A stretch of 63,962 nucleotides of DNA, counting the filler, from Reticulomyxa filosa (lineage: Eukaryota; Protista; Foraminifera): assembly GCA_000512085.1 (NCBI GenBank). It is 12 parts of 12 records of this genome, joined end to end, with 100 filler letters (N's around TTAATTAATTAA, not from the genome) between each part and the next. Parts side by side here need not be neighbours in the genome. Positions count along the whole stretch, not along the records: positions 51,828 to 60,007 come from ASPP01010467.1; positions 60,108 to 62,397 come from ASPP01022371.1; positions 62,498 to 63,962 come from ASPP01025156.1; 9 more parts are not named here. One strand, given 5' to 3'. Made by a program: the position numbers and the translations under genes. Position 1 is the first letter of the stretch; every line of letters begins with the position of its first letter. Positions 51,828 through 63,962 of this stretch are shown here, one piece after another. The notes beneath the pieces are model-generated. The model was not told the DNA's origin. It ran no database searches and saw only the letters and a list, made by a program, of their open reading frames with translations.

Positions 51828-54130
51828 TTGCACTTGCACTTGCACTTGCACTTACACTTACACTTGCACTTACACTTACACTTGCACTTGCACTTGCACT
51901 TACACTTGCACTTGCGTTGGAGTTATGTTCCACCGGTCTAAAAGGATTGGGTCTGGCTTGGTAATCCACGGACAAGAAATTGCTGGAAGGAATGGTAGTC
52001 CCATTGGGTGTTTTGGATCCATTGTCCGTAGTGGTAGTTGCTGTTGTCGTTGTTATTGCTGTTGTTGTTGCAATGGCAGTGGCAGTGGCAGTGGCAGTGG
52101 CATTATTTACATTGTTACTATTACCACGACCATTGCCACTTGCTTTTGCTCCTTTCTTCGTATCTGTTCTTTGTTGCTCCTTTGCCGAAGGCTTCAACTC
52201 CTTTCGTTTGAAACTGTTTTTTGATGGAATTAGGTTCTGTCTTTTATCAATGTCCGCAACTACAATGTTGTACTTCTTGGCTTTCGCTTTTCCCTTATCA
52301 TTGCCATGTCCATTTCTATGTCCGTTTCGCTTTGCTGTCGCTGCTTTGTTCCCACTGTCTTTGCCCTTACTTTTCTCCGATACTTTTGTTGTCTTGCTCT
52401 TACTTTTCTCGTTTATACCTTCTTTTTCTTCGCTTTCAAATCTATTCCAATTTCTCTGAGTTATTTGAGACCCCATTTTATTATTGTTGTTATTATTTTT
52501 TAAAAAAAGTTTTAAACGTGCAATATTACGTATACACACATATATATATATATATAACAGATGGAGAAGAAGGAACATCGGGCGTTTCTCCTTGCACGAC
52601 GGGTGCAACAGAAGGCTTGGTTTGCGACTGTTTCAACGGCATGTCAAAAACCAAAGGCTTGGCCATATCGTCTTGAGTCTCTTTTTTGTCTTGGGCAAAC
52701 AGACTGAGGTCACTCGATTTCCTAGGTCTCGGAGTCAATGAATATACGCGACGACGCTCTTGCAGAAAATTGCCAGTCGTTTCTTGCGCTTCGTTGTCCT
52801 GACTAGGTGGTGGATTAAAGTTTTCGTTTCTTCCAATTTCTCGAGGTCCCTTTATAATATACATGTATATATATATATTTATGTTTATATGTACACGTTA
52901 TTATTATTTTGTTTTGTTTTAAACTTTTAGTGGATGGCTCCCTATTGGATATCGAGCGTCTGTCTGGTCGCAACTCCAATTGAGCCAAGACCTCATTTAC
53001 TTGGACCTGTGTCAAATGGGGGTATCTTGACTTTCTGGGCTCACTATTTGCCACAGGCACCTCCGCTTCTCTTCGCTATACTCAAGTCTATCATTTGTCT
53101 GGCATCACAAACAAACAAAAAAATACGATTTGTAATTATTTCCATTTTTTTTTTTTTTTATACATGTTTTGAAACAAAGTTTCGAGTTTTATTGATTGTC
53201 AGGCTACTGACAGTTTGTGAGTAAAGCACATCAGCAAAAGATAGAAGCGATTCTTGCTGGGGATTGACACCTAGACCGATAGTAATCTGGCACAAGTTTT
53301 CAGCTCGTATATCAGCGACGTTGGCGTGGGTTGCGTATTCATGATATTGTTTATCATTATTATTATTATTATTATTGCTATTATTATGTATTATCCCTTC
53401 TTCATCATTTGGAAACAGGTGCAACGGGAAGTCGGTAAATCCTTATGTCCGGCCATCACCGCGTTGGTACTTCATCATCCATAGTTGTAATAGCATCTCT
53501 TTGAATATATCTTCTCGTCCCTGTACTTGTCCCTCTTCGACGTAATCGACATCGTCACCTACGTCTTTCTGGCTGCCCTCCCCATTATCATTGTCATTGT
53601 CATCGCTGTCCTCATTTCTTGCATTTTTTATTTTTTTTCTCTCAAAGACAATTATTTATAAATACATACATAATAAACATATACATATATATATATTATT
53701 TTTTTTTTGTATACATTTATTTTTTTTTTCTCATCACTCTTTGCAAAAAAAAAAAAAAAAAAGCCAAACTTTTTGGAGGAAAAATCGACGCCTTTTCGCT
53801 TGTTTGAAATGTCCCACACGGACCAGAGATCAGTGTTGGCTTGCATACTTGCACCATTGTACTCGTTGAAACATTGCCTCTCTTTAATATTTGTGTTTTG
53901 TAGATAGTGCTCATGGTGCATGTTGCTCCAGTGATATGTAATAGAGCTTTTTGCATCTCTGCACACACACACAAATACCACAATATGAAATATCCAAGTC
54001 ACTAACACTTTTTTCTCAGACACAAACCAAACACTGATTATTCCCCTTTCCGCTTTTTTATTTGCTCACCTACCATCTTCATATGGAATCTCTTCGTCGT
54101 TCACATTTTCATAGTCAGTTTCTTTTTCCT
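51828..54130 (-). CDS. Uncharacterised low-complexity multi-exon protein (partial)
   Basis: Coding-like exons (ORFs 53158, 52815, 52526, 51772) with K/T/A/S-rich tracts. Ends in a TGCACT hexamer repeat (ASASVS) at the contig end. Confidence 0.45.
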
Positions 54131-55085
54131 GTGCAGGGAAAAAAAAAAATTTGTCAAAAAAACTAGCACAATCGGTAAAACCTCTTTCGTCTCAAAAAAA
54201 AAAAAATTGTGAAACAAACAAAAAAACGAACAAACAAAAGGATATTACAAGTTGATTGTGCATTTTCAATACACTGGCTATTTCTCCTCACGCTGGCTGG
54301 AGTTGAAGCAGAGTTTTAAAGTTTTTTTTTAGATTATCTACTCCCTTGTAACACAACACAGACCATCCCGTTGGCAACAAATTCGCTAGTAATCAAATAA
54401 ATTATATACATCTTATTGTCTTACATTATCTTGGTTTTTCAGAGCCGTTATATGTTTTTCCCTCCCCTCCTCAAAGATTTTGAAATTTTAAAAGATGAAG
54501 TTTGTAAAGTAGCAAATTACAGAGGTAAGATACAATAAAAGATAACAGGAATGAGTGAAGGATTGTTCTTGCACATATTTGAGTTGATATCTTTTTATCA
54601 TTTAACCAAGTGTATTTTCTAGTGTTATTGCCTTTTACCAGGAGTTTTTTTAAACCTTGCTTTTTAGTCTTGTGGTATTGGATAGTGGTAGTGCGGCCCA
54701 TTGTTAAAATTTTTTTTAGATTGATAAGTGGAGAACAAGTGCAATCAAAACTGCGTTTATTACGAAATGGCTCCATTTTAATTTTTTTCTATTTTATTTT
54801 GTGCTTGCATTCATCTACACCGCCAACAAAAATTTTCTAGCCTTGAAAAGACAGTTTATAACAGAAAAATCAAATAAGTCATGTCATCAGAAGAGAATTC
54901 CAACATACGGGGACAGCAACTTTGAAATCGAGCAAAGATTTTTCAGATTTGAGTTATTTAACTACGCACTTTCGGCACAATAAAAAGACGAGTTGCCTAA
55001 TAGTAAGTTGGTAATCAGACCTGGTTTTCAAAAACTTTAAAAAGTTCAGTACTTGAGCATCCTCCTAGATTGATAATCAATAATA

Positions 55086-57630
55086 ATGGCAGAGGGAAAG
55101 CAGATCCCATCTGTGGGTGATGTTGTTTTGGTAAATGACCGAGTGGGTATAGTACGGTACGTCGGTCCTTTAGCAGAGGACAAGGGCACATACTTTGGGC
55201 TGGAGATGAAAGGAGAGGCATTGAAAGATGGGCACGACGGGACATTAGACAATAAGAAGTATTTCAACGCGAAGATTGGGCTGGAATATTTACAAAACAA
55301 ATTCAAAGGTAAAAAAAAATATTTTTTTTTTTTTGTATATCAACAAAAGAGAAATTTGACCAATCAAACAAAAAAAAAAAAAAAAAAAGAGTGATCCCTC
55401 CGGAAGAATTATTGGAGAAAGTGGCATCACTGTATGACATAATAAAAAATAACAAAGGGACCGGTATGAAGAGAGAAGGTACAAAAGAAGACATAAAAGA
55501 TCGTTACTTTGTGGACAAAAAGCGACACGAAGAGTTGTCACGCAAATACGAGTCGGTTCAACTAGCATACGAAAGCCTGATGGAAAAATGCGAGAAACTG
55601 GAGCTTCAAAACCAAACGCTGCGATCGCAATCCGCGCACAAAGTGAACGACTTGTCCAAGTTGCATGACAAGGTCAACTCTTGGGCGAATCGCTTTGGGA
55701 TGCGAAGGCCCACGCTCTCTTCCCTCGACGACAACACTATTTGCGAAATCAGCGCCTTAGTTCAGGCTAAAGAGCGACATAAAACCCTCGCAGTTACCAC
55801 AGCATCGACAACAGTCATTTACTTGCCACCGATGAACTCCTATCTTCTTCCGAAAAACTTTTAATCACCGATTTTCCATCATGTGTGTGAAATAAATATT
55901 TTCAAAAAAAAAAAAAAAAAAACAACATATTTGTATACGTATACATCATTTCAATTCCACTTGTTTCCTTTTTTAAAAAAAAAAAAAAAAAAATTGTATA
56001 TGTGATATAGTATATACCAAAAAAAAAAAAAAAAAGTTTGTTTGTTTATTTGATGCAGCTGGGAGAATTTCACACAAAAGGGATCGTGACAGCCGCACAT
56101 TGGATGAAAGTGAAGTTGCGGAGCACGCCGATGGAGGACAAGGCCGTGAGACGATGATACTGAATAACATGCATTCGAACAGAGTAAGTGGCATCGGATC
56201 GGCTCTTCGTGTGGCACGCGAAAGCATTGAAGTGTCGGCAACGACAGTGCAAACGGACATACTGGACCCTGCACAGGTCATGACCGGGGAAGAATTTGAA
56301 CAAGACCAAGAAGAAGAGGAAGAGGAAGAAAAACAAGACAATGGAGATCGAAATCATGATTATTCTCAATCCACATCCATCGTGGATCGAAAGCAACGTA
56401 CACAGTCAACAGATACAAATGTAAAAGGTTAGGTAAGAGTTTGTTGTTTTTTGTTTGTTTTTTGCTTCGTCATTAAAAAAAAAATTAATAAAAAAAATGA
56501 CGTATATATTGGATGCTGCAGGGAATGAAAAAACAGCACCAAAAGCCCGGGCGTCGATGCAGCTTGTGGATATGCAGAATATCGACACTACAGTGGTGAC
56601 TGAGGTGAATCAAAATAGCGTTCCTATGTCCAGCCACCGTGCCAAAGAGTCAAAGATTTTGGACAATGTCGGGTCCAAAGATATTGATGTTGCGAGTGAG
56701 GAACATCCTTCCAATGAAAATGAACATGAGCATGAGCGTGAACATGAAAACGAACGTGAACGTGCACGCGAGCATGACGGAGACGCAAAGCATGACCGCA
56801 CACCTTCCGACATTGCTATTGATAATATGGGCTCGCGCTGGGAAAACAATCTCGCTTTTAAAAATTCGACCGAACATCAACAATCGGCCAAAGATACTTC
56901 CGATCATAGCAATAAGACCTCCGTTTATAAACCGCAAAAAAAAAAAAGCTGGAGCATGGCCAAAAATAGTTTTGCTTTTTTTGGGGGGGGGGGGAATCTC
57001 CTTTCTCTTCCTCCTTCACTTCTTTCGATGTAAAATCAAATATGTGCATGCCGTTGTCTTGCTTTAGATGGAGGTGGTGACAATTTAATGACTGAAAAAG
57101 ATTTGAACGATCTTGCGACTGAACAAAGCGAAGAAGAAGATGAAGAAGAAGAGGAAGAAGAGGAAGAAGAAGAGGAACGAGAAAATGAACATCCGAGCGA
57201 ATTCGTAGATTTGAACAAAAAAAACAATGCCGGCCTGACTACTGGTAATTTGTCCACCCATGATAAAAATCAATCCAGCATTGACGTTCTCAATACACCA
57301 GACATCTTTGGAGAAGCCATTGCCTTGTCTGTGCCCAGTTCCAATCCAAAGGCAGACTCAGAACCTGAAAGTGATGTCACAAAATCTAGTCTCATTGTTT
57401 TTCGGATACCTTTTTTTTTTTGTAAAAATTGATATTGTTATTCTAAAGGATATGGACCGATGTCGCTTTTTTTTTTTTTTTTGCAAATAGACGACGAAAT
57501 GACCGGTACAAAAAAAAGAGGAAGTATCAAAGCACTGAAAGATGAGGAAGATTCCGCTTCTAAACATCAAAAAGGTCTCTCTGTAAATTCGAATTTGAGT
57601 GAAACCAATTATTTCAATCAAGTGGACTAA
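55086..57630 (+). CDS. CAP-Gly domain protein with coiled coil and acidic tail
   Basis: VGDVVLV..RVGIVRYVG...GTYFGLE...GHDGTLDNKKYF. Several spliced exons follow. Probable stop ...NYFNQVD* at 57630. Confidence 0.85.
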
Positions 57631-58566
57631 GAGGATCTCATTGTTCCATTTTTTTCTCTTCCTTTCTCCCATGTCGATTGTTTTGGTCATGTAAAGAAAC
57701 TGTTGAACGTTTTTTTAGTTTTTTTGTTGTGGTTTTCTTTTCCTCTTTTTTTTTCCCTTTTTATGCAAAGAGAGGAGAACGAAAAAATTTCTTGTCTTTT
57801 AAGCTTCAATTGTATTGAAAAAGTGAGTGTCCAATTGAATAAAAAAAGGCCTCAAAATGGCCGCATGCAAACTAGTGACGCTTTTAATTGCTTTTTTGAG
57901 TGAAAAATTTAATGTTTTGTGTTGTAAAGAAAGCCGTTTATTTCGAAACCTTCCAATCCAATCACATTCAACTTCATAATTTTTTTCAGAAAAAGGTTGT
58001 CAAGTGCCTCCTCATCTCAAGTCCTATCACCAACAAAAATATGCAAACGAATACTAAGAAATGGCTATTCACTTGTAAGGTCGTTCTTTGGCCACATTTT
58101 CATGTGCGAAGGAGGGAGGCATATTAACAACTATTTTCCAAGAGAGGAAAAAAACAAAACAAACAAAAACATAAAGTATTGGTTCGTGGACACAAGAAAC
58201 AGGGAAAAAAAATTAAAATAAAAACAAGAGAAGAGAAATAAAAAAATAAAAAAATAAAAATCAATAAAAAAATAAAAAAATAACCAATAAAAAAATAAAA
58301 AATAGAAAAAAAAAATTTTGCTGAGTTAAGAAAGAAAATATGCTCCTCTTCAAAAAAAACACCCCAGCAAATGTCAGACGCAGTTCAAGAAGAGGAAAAA
58401 AAAGAATAATTTTTCCCCTTCTTATCCAGCTTTTAAGTAATTTAAGTAGAATGAAAAAATGAAAACAAATCAAGTACAACTTTTGTTGTATTGGGTAAAC
58501 TAGTATGGTGTTTAATAAAAACACTTTATAAGTTTGATGGCAATCAAAAGAGATGAAAAACCCTTG

Positions 58567-59950
58567 TCAAACATTATTGGTGATGGAGCTATGTTTGGTT
58601 GACAATTTATTTGGTGGAAGACGAGGCAGAGAAGAGAAGGAGTGATGAAAGCCTTTGACAAAGTTGGCCCTATTGTCAATCATAGTTGTTGGCAATGCCA
58701 AATCGTACATGGATTGGTGGCGTTGTGGCAACTTTCGCTTTTTCAAATGAGAAATATCAGTATCTCGTGTCGTTCGCTTTACAATGATATTTATTAACAA
58801 TTATGTTGTGCTTGTGAAAAAATAAAACAAAGCAAAAAAGAACATGGAAGCCTGTTGGAAAATAAATAATCAAATCGAAACTTGTACTTGAAGTGATGAA
58901 CTGGAAGTATGTCCATTTCTTTTCTTATAATCGGATGCAATGTCTGAATGCAAACGACCCTCTCGAAATTCTCGTAGGTTAATGGAACTTCTTGAGCCTT
59001 GCCTGTATGTATATGTACATATATATATGCATATACATATAATTTATGTATTTATTTACGTTATGTAATAAGTGAAGTGCGATTGTGAGTCCTGTTCGAA
59101 CAACAAGAAAGCATACTTACCATGCGTGATGATGGTCAGCGATGTTAGTCTGAGCATTTGTGTCAATGTCAAAGGTGCTAATTTGCTTAGCATAGACAGC
59201 GGCCTTCGGGATTGAAGAGAAATTGGGACTGAACCGCGACGAATGGTGTGTGCGAGAAGTAGTATCAGTTTCGAAAGCAACGAAATCAACATCACTGGGC
59301 TCATCTTTTTTGTTGACAATTAACCTGTCAATTTCATTCAAACGTGCGGAAGTGGTCGTGACATGGCTGTTTGCATCGTTGTCGTCTTTGTCCTCATCAT
59401 CCGAATCGAAAGCTTGCATTTGTTCTTCCTCTACCTCTTTTTCCTCTCCTTCTTCTTTTACTGTTATAACTTTGTTTTTTGGTATGTCGATATTCCATTG
59501 GAAGGAAGAAGATTGATAGTGATGATGCCCGTTTCTCGCAGCTTTCATTGTTTTGTCCCTGTCTTCAGGTTGTTCGTCCATTGTCGTCTGTCGGTCTAAG
59601 CCCATCATTTCGATTAGTGTTACTTCCATTTCGCTTGTGCTTTTTTCTCTTTGTTTGTCTTCAGCAACGGGCATTCGCATTTCTCCTTTTTTTTTTTTTC
59701 CATGCATAAATTTTTTTTTTTTTTTTTTGTAATGTCCCTTTTTCACTCTACAAACCAGCATTAGACGAAAATGGTTCATTTTTGTCATTGGAAATGGTCA
59801 GGGGGTTGGCAGCACTTTTAAGTATTTTATCGGCGGTACCGAACCAGGATGCGAGTTTGGAGTTGTTGTCAGCATGTTTGGGTCGGGATATGCTTGAGGT
59901 CGTCCTCACTACCATTTTGTTTTGGTAAGCTGCAACTGCTGCTGGCACTA
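58567..59950 (-). CDS. Uncharacterised low-complexity protein (3' part)
   Basis: Coding-like ORFs 59748, 59117 and 58567 separated by GT-AG introns. Confidence 0.45.
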
Positions 59951-61197
59951 AATCAGCTTTTTTTTTTTTTTTTTTTTTTTTTTTGGAAACAAAAAAAAAA
60001 AAAAAAANNNNNNNNNNNNNNNNNNNNNNNNNNNNNNNNNNNNNNNNNNNNTTAATTAATTAANNNNNNNNNNNNNNNNNNNNNNNNNNNNNNNNNNNNN
60101 NNNNNNNTGATTAAAAATGGCTAAGATACAACAATGTTAATTTCCATAAATATCCCTAAGCAAGCATTGCAATCAGATGGACATGTAGTGAACGTACAAA
60201 TTGTACAAACGTCAAAATATACTTTTTGCAACAAAGTAATAGATATTGACATCTCTATCCAAAATTAAAAATAATAAAAAAGGTTTTATCAAAATAATTT
60301 TTAATTGTGTATTAAACTCAATTTTAAACAATTACAGATATTGTTATCCAATTGCTCATGAAAGGAAAGAGTATTTTTGTGATTAAAGTAATTCATTGAA
60401 TTTTTTGCAAAATATTTGAAACTTAAGATAAAAAACAACAAAAGTCTCAAATGGTCAAAAATCTATGTCATTATGTCCATATAATAACATATTTTTGTTT
60501 ATATTTGTTCCTCTCGTTGTTGGAATGTTTTCAACACGATAATAAATATTTTTGGAAAATTTTTCAAGGAAGTACTTACGAATAATTAATTTGAATATCT
60601 ATTAATAATTGACAATAGTTTACGCTTGTGTTTTGTATCAAGTATAATAATCTTTTTGCTTATTGAATATCATAAATGATTTAATCTCGTATTTGATAAC
60701 TTATTCAAATTAAAATATTTTTAATTACTGTTAAAAACTTCTACAATTTTTTAACATAAAAGTGAATTGATTGTCGATAATCAAGATTACTTGTTTTCAA
60801 ACGTAAAAGCTGTTAAGGTAATTTTCAATTTAAGAAAAAAATGATGATTTATCCCAAACATGTTAACGTAAAATCGGTAAAATATTTATCCATATACGTT
60901 ATGCGCTGATATTTACTGAATTTTTGGTTTCTCAATTGATGTAAATTCCAGATCATTTTGTCTCGTTTTAAGGAAATGATGTATTTATATAGCAGGTAGC
61001 TATTTGTACTCATTTTTTGGAATGTCTAATCATACAAAAAAAAAAAGAGATTGATAAAGATGGAGGATAAATAACAGCTCATAATAATTTTGCCTTTCTA
61101 AGGTTCACCCCCAAAAAGTTGCAGTTTTTTTCATTTTTTCCAAAGAGAACAACTTTTTTTCTTTTTAAAAACATTTAACTTACATAATTTCAATAAC

Positions 61198-61965
61198 ATG
61201 GGAAACCAAATCTTTCAAACTTTGAAGAATTTGCCAACTCCATTTTTTCAACCTCAATGTGTTACACAAACATGAAGTCCTCATTTGTGGAGGTGCACAT
61301 AACCGTCGTTGTTTTTCTTATCATGCACTAAAAAACGAATACAAGTTTATCTGTAAGTATCCAAGTGATGTTAGATTACTTGGACACTGTGTAGTGAAAC
61401 TGATAGATAACAACAATAAAGACAGTAATGAAATCACTTTATTGTCTTTTGGCGGGGAACACAAACACACATTGATGATGAAATATGTAAGTGTTTGGAG
61501 TAATGACAATAATAACAATGACAATGAAATGGATAAATCAAAGGACATAAAGATTGGGTAAGTGGTGTAAAATATGGATCAAATGAACTAGTAAATACAA
61601 TATTGTCTGGATCATCCGATAAAAGTGTTCGTTTGTGGGATATTCGATCTGGTCAACAAATTCAAGTTTTCAATGGACATACAAATTGGGTTTGGGCTGT
61701 TGCATATTCACCATTTGTACTAAATAATGATGATGAGGTTGTTGGTGGTAATTCAAATGTGATATGTTCTGGATCAATGGATAGAATAATTCGTTTTTGG
61801 GATATTCGATCAAATAAGAATGAATTGTATGTTATCAATGGAGATAATAAACATGGTGGAATATATTGCCTCACATTTTTACAACTAAAGGGTATCAACA
61901 GCAATGATGATCTTGTTAGTTTGTGTTATGGTTTATATAAAGGTACTATTCACATTTGGGGGTAA
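61198..61965 (+). pseudogene. Kelch-family/WD40-family chimeric pseudogene
   Basis: MGNQIFQTLKNLPTPFFQPQC, then a frameshift, then LHKHEVLICGG...LLSFGG (Kelch). This is immediately followed by SGSSDKSVRLWDIRSGQQIQVFNGH...SGSMDRIIRFWD (WD40 C-terminus). Confidence 0.8.
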
Positions 61966-63962
61966 TATCATTTTTTACTAACAAAAATTTTTGAATGATT
62001 TAATTTTTCTTTTGAACGAACTAAATGAAATAAATTTTTCAACGTGTTTCATCACTCAGTGATGTGCAATACTGAATCATTTTCCACAAATGAAATAATT
62101 CAACTCTTTGGATTATCACAAGAGCACATTAAAAAAAATAATTATATGATCGTTTTATTGCATCTCTTTGGAGACTAAATCAAATGATTTATATACAATC
62201 GAATTATACAAATCCTTTATTATTGAAAGGTAATTGTATATTTAATTGTGCTTCTTTATCAAAAAATTATACATTAACTTTATTTCATTCTACTATATTT
62301 TAAAATAATTTTATCAAAATCGTCGATTCATCCTAATTCTATCTTTAAAGTTTGAATCCAATATTGAATAATAAATTTTATATCATCTTTTGACTGTNNN
62401 NNNNNNNNNNNNNNNNNNNNNNNNNNNNNNNNNNNNNNNNNTTAATTAATTAANNNNNNNNNNNNNNNNNNNNNNNNNNNNNNNNNNNNNNNNNNNNGAT
62501 ATAACTAAAATATTCCACTGTTAGAATCTGTAGTACAAAAAGATGTAAATTACATACTTTGATCTTAAAATGCGTTATTATATATACTTTAGAATGGTGA
62601 GCACAAATACATTTATAGCTGGTTCTAATGTCATTGTAAGTTTTTTTAAATTCAAAATGTGAAAAAATATGTTTCAAATAAAAATATTTTGGTATTTTAA
62701 AAATCTTACTAATTTGCCTTAAAATAACACCAAAAAGTGTGCATTTAATATTTTTAAACAAAACATAGCCAATCACTTTAAACCTAATAAACATTTTCAA
62801 AAATCATTTAAAAAATTATAAGTAATTTTGTTGATCAAACTTTTTTTTCAAGGAAAACTTGTTCAACTTTTTAAAATGTGTGCTGAACTCAGCGGTTTCT
62901 CAATGCAGAATATCTTCTTCTATTCACAGTGCATGCAATCCGTTATCATGCTGTCCTCCATCGCGACTTGCATTCAAAGCCATCAGGTCAACTAGCAAAG
63001 AGTTGTCGGATGGAATCACCGCAGTGAATTGCAAAAAATGCAGGAAATTGGATTTGTGTTGCGATTGTATCAATGAACAACAACAACACAAATGCTATCA
63101 ACTAAAAATGACGCATATAGGGGATTGAGACTCTAGTCATCATTGTTTTGTTTCACTAGATCTAATGAAATTGAGTTTTTTTTTAGAAACATGCGTGTAA
63201 AATTAAAAAAAGATTGTAGTGAGGAAGTTTTTAAAAACATTTTTTTTTTTTTATTGCTTACAAAATGTCAGATAACAGTGTTTTTATCTAGTTGTGGACA
63301 AGTTACACTATTCCATGTCTGAATTAGGACTTGTCACATTTTTCTGATGATAAAAAAAATTTTTTTTAGATGGAACATCGAACTTTTTCAGTTACAGAGC
63401 GGAATGGATCAAATGAGTCTTTTTATTTTGGAACACCAAAGACATGATATCTATATTGTCAAATGTTATTATGAAATGCAAAATTTGCAGCTGATGTTAT
63501 TTCGCTTTATTTTATGATTATTTGAAGTGTAGTAGTGACCATAATATTATTTTTAAATTCATTAATTTTGACTTTTTGTTATTATTATTATTTTTTGTAT
63601 TTGTTAAAAAACACTTTCTTTTCTTACCCCGGTTTCACAAAATCTTTAATTACTTATTCAATATTTCCATTATGAAGTTCCATTTTTTGTCACAAATACT
63701 CTTTGTTAATGGTACTGCCAAACAATCAAAGTAATGTGCAAGCGTGACACACTATTCGACTTTGACTGCATTATCAATTTCAAGACATTCAAAAACAACA
63801 TTTTTTTTTAAAATTCGTGCATAATCCGAGTGCGCGATGCCGTGCTACTCCACACGCTTTTTTTTGCAATAAATAAACAAGTACAAAACACACTCTGCTA
63901 ACACTTTGTTGTGCAAACGAAAAGGTAAAGCTCTAATGAATTCATAAGCCGAAGCTCGGTTG

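Noticed and set aside
62800-63140. Coding-like GC-richer patch
   Set aside because: Stops in the minus-strand frames and no recognisable motif in the short plus-strand ORF; cannot be supported.

Overview
AT-rich, intron-rich eukaryotic nuclear DNA made of 12 contigs joined by artificial N44-TTAATTAATTAA-N44 spacers, so synteny across spacers is not informative. The expanded Kelch/WD40 family signature (WIRxLxIKxGWINEFDK), the CAP-Gly protein style and the homopolymer-rich introns suggest a foraminiferan such as Reticulomyxa filosa (inference). Recognisable genes: condensin CAP-G, a SAP-domain protein, an SLC25 carrier, exocyst Sec15, a BCP/PrxQ peroxiredoxin, a histidine-phosphatase-like protein, an ABCB half-transporter, an INTS1-like protein, p24/TMED, a MaoC dehydratase, a disrupted RNF121-like gene and a CAP-Gly protein. 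Also present: decayed LINEs, WD40/Kelch pseudogenes and a family of ~225-bp TG..CA solo-LTR-like elements, one nested in another. The standout is an ORF-free ~630-nt stretch (49701-50332) that folds into about ten helices with multi-way junctions, where G-U wobbles consistently favour the + strand. It looks like a large structured ncRNA, and I cannot assign it to a known class. Also notable: many introns have A-rich acceptors with no polypyrimidine tract and U-rich, degenerate donors. All homology calls are by-eye motif recognition, not database searches.
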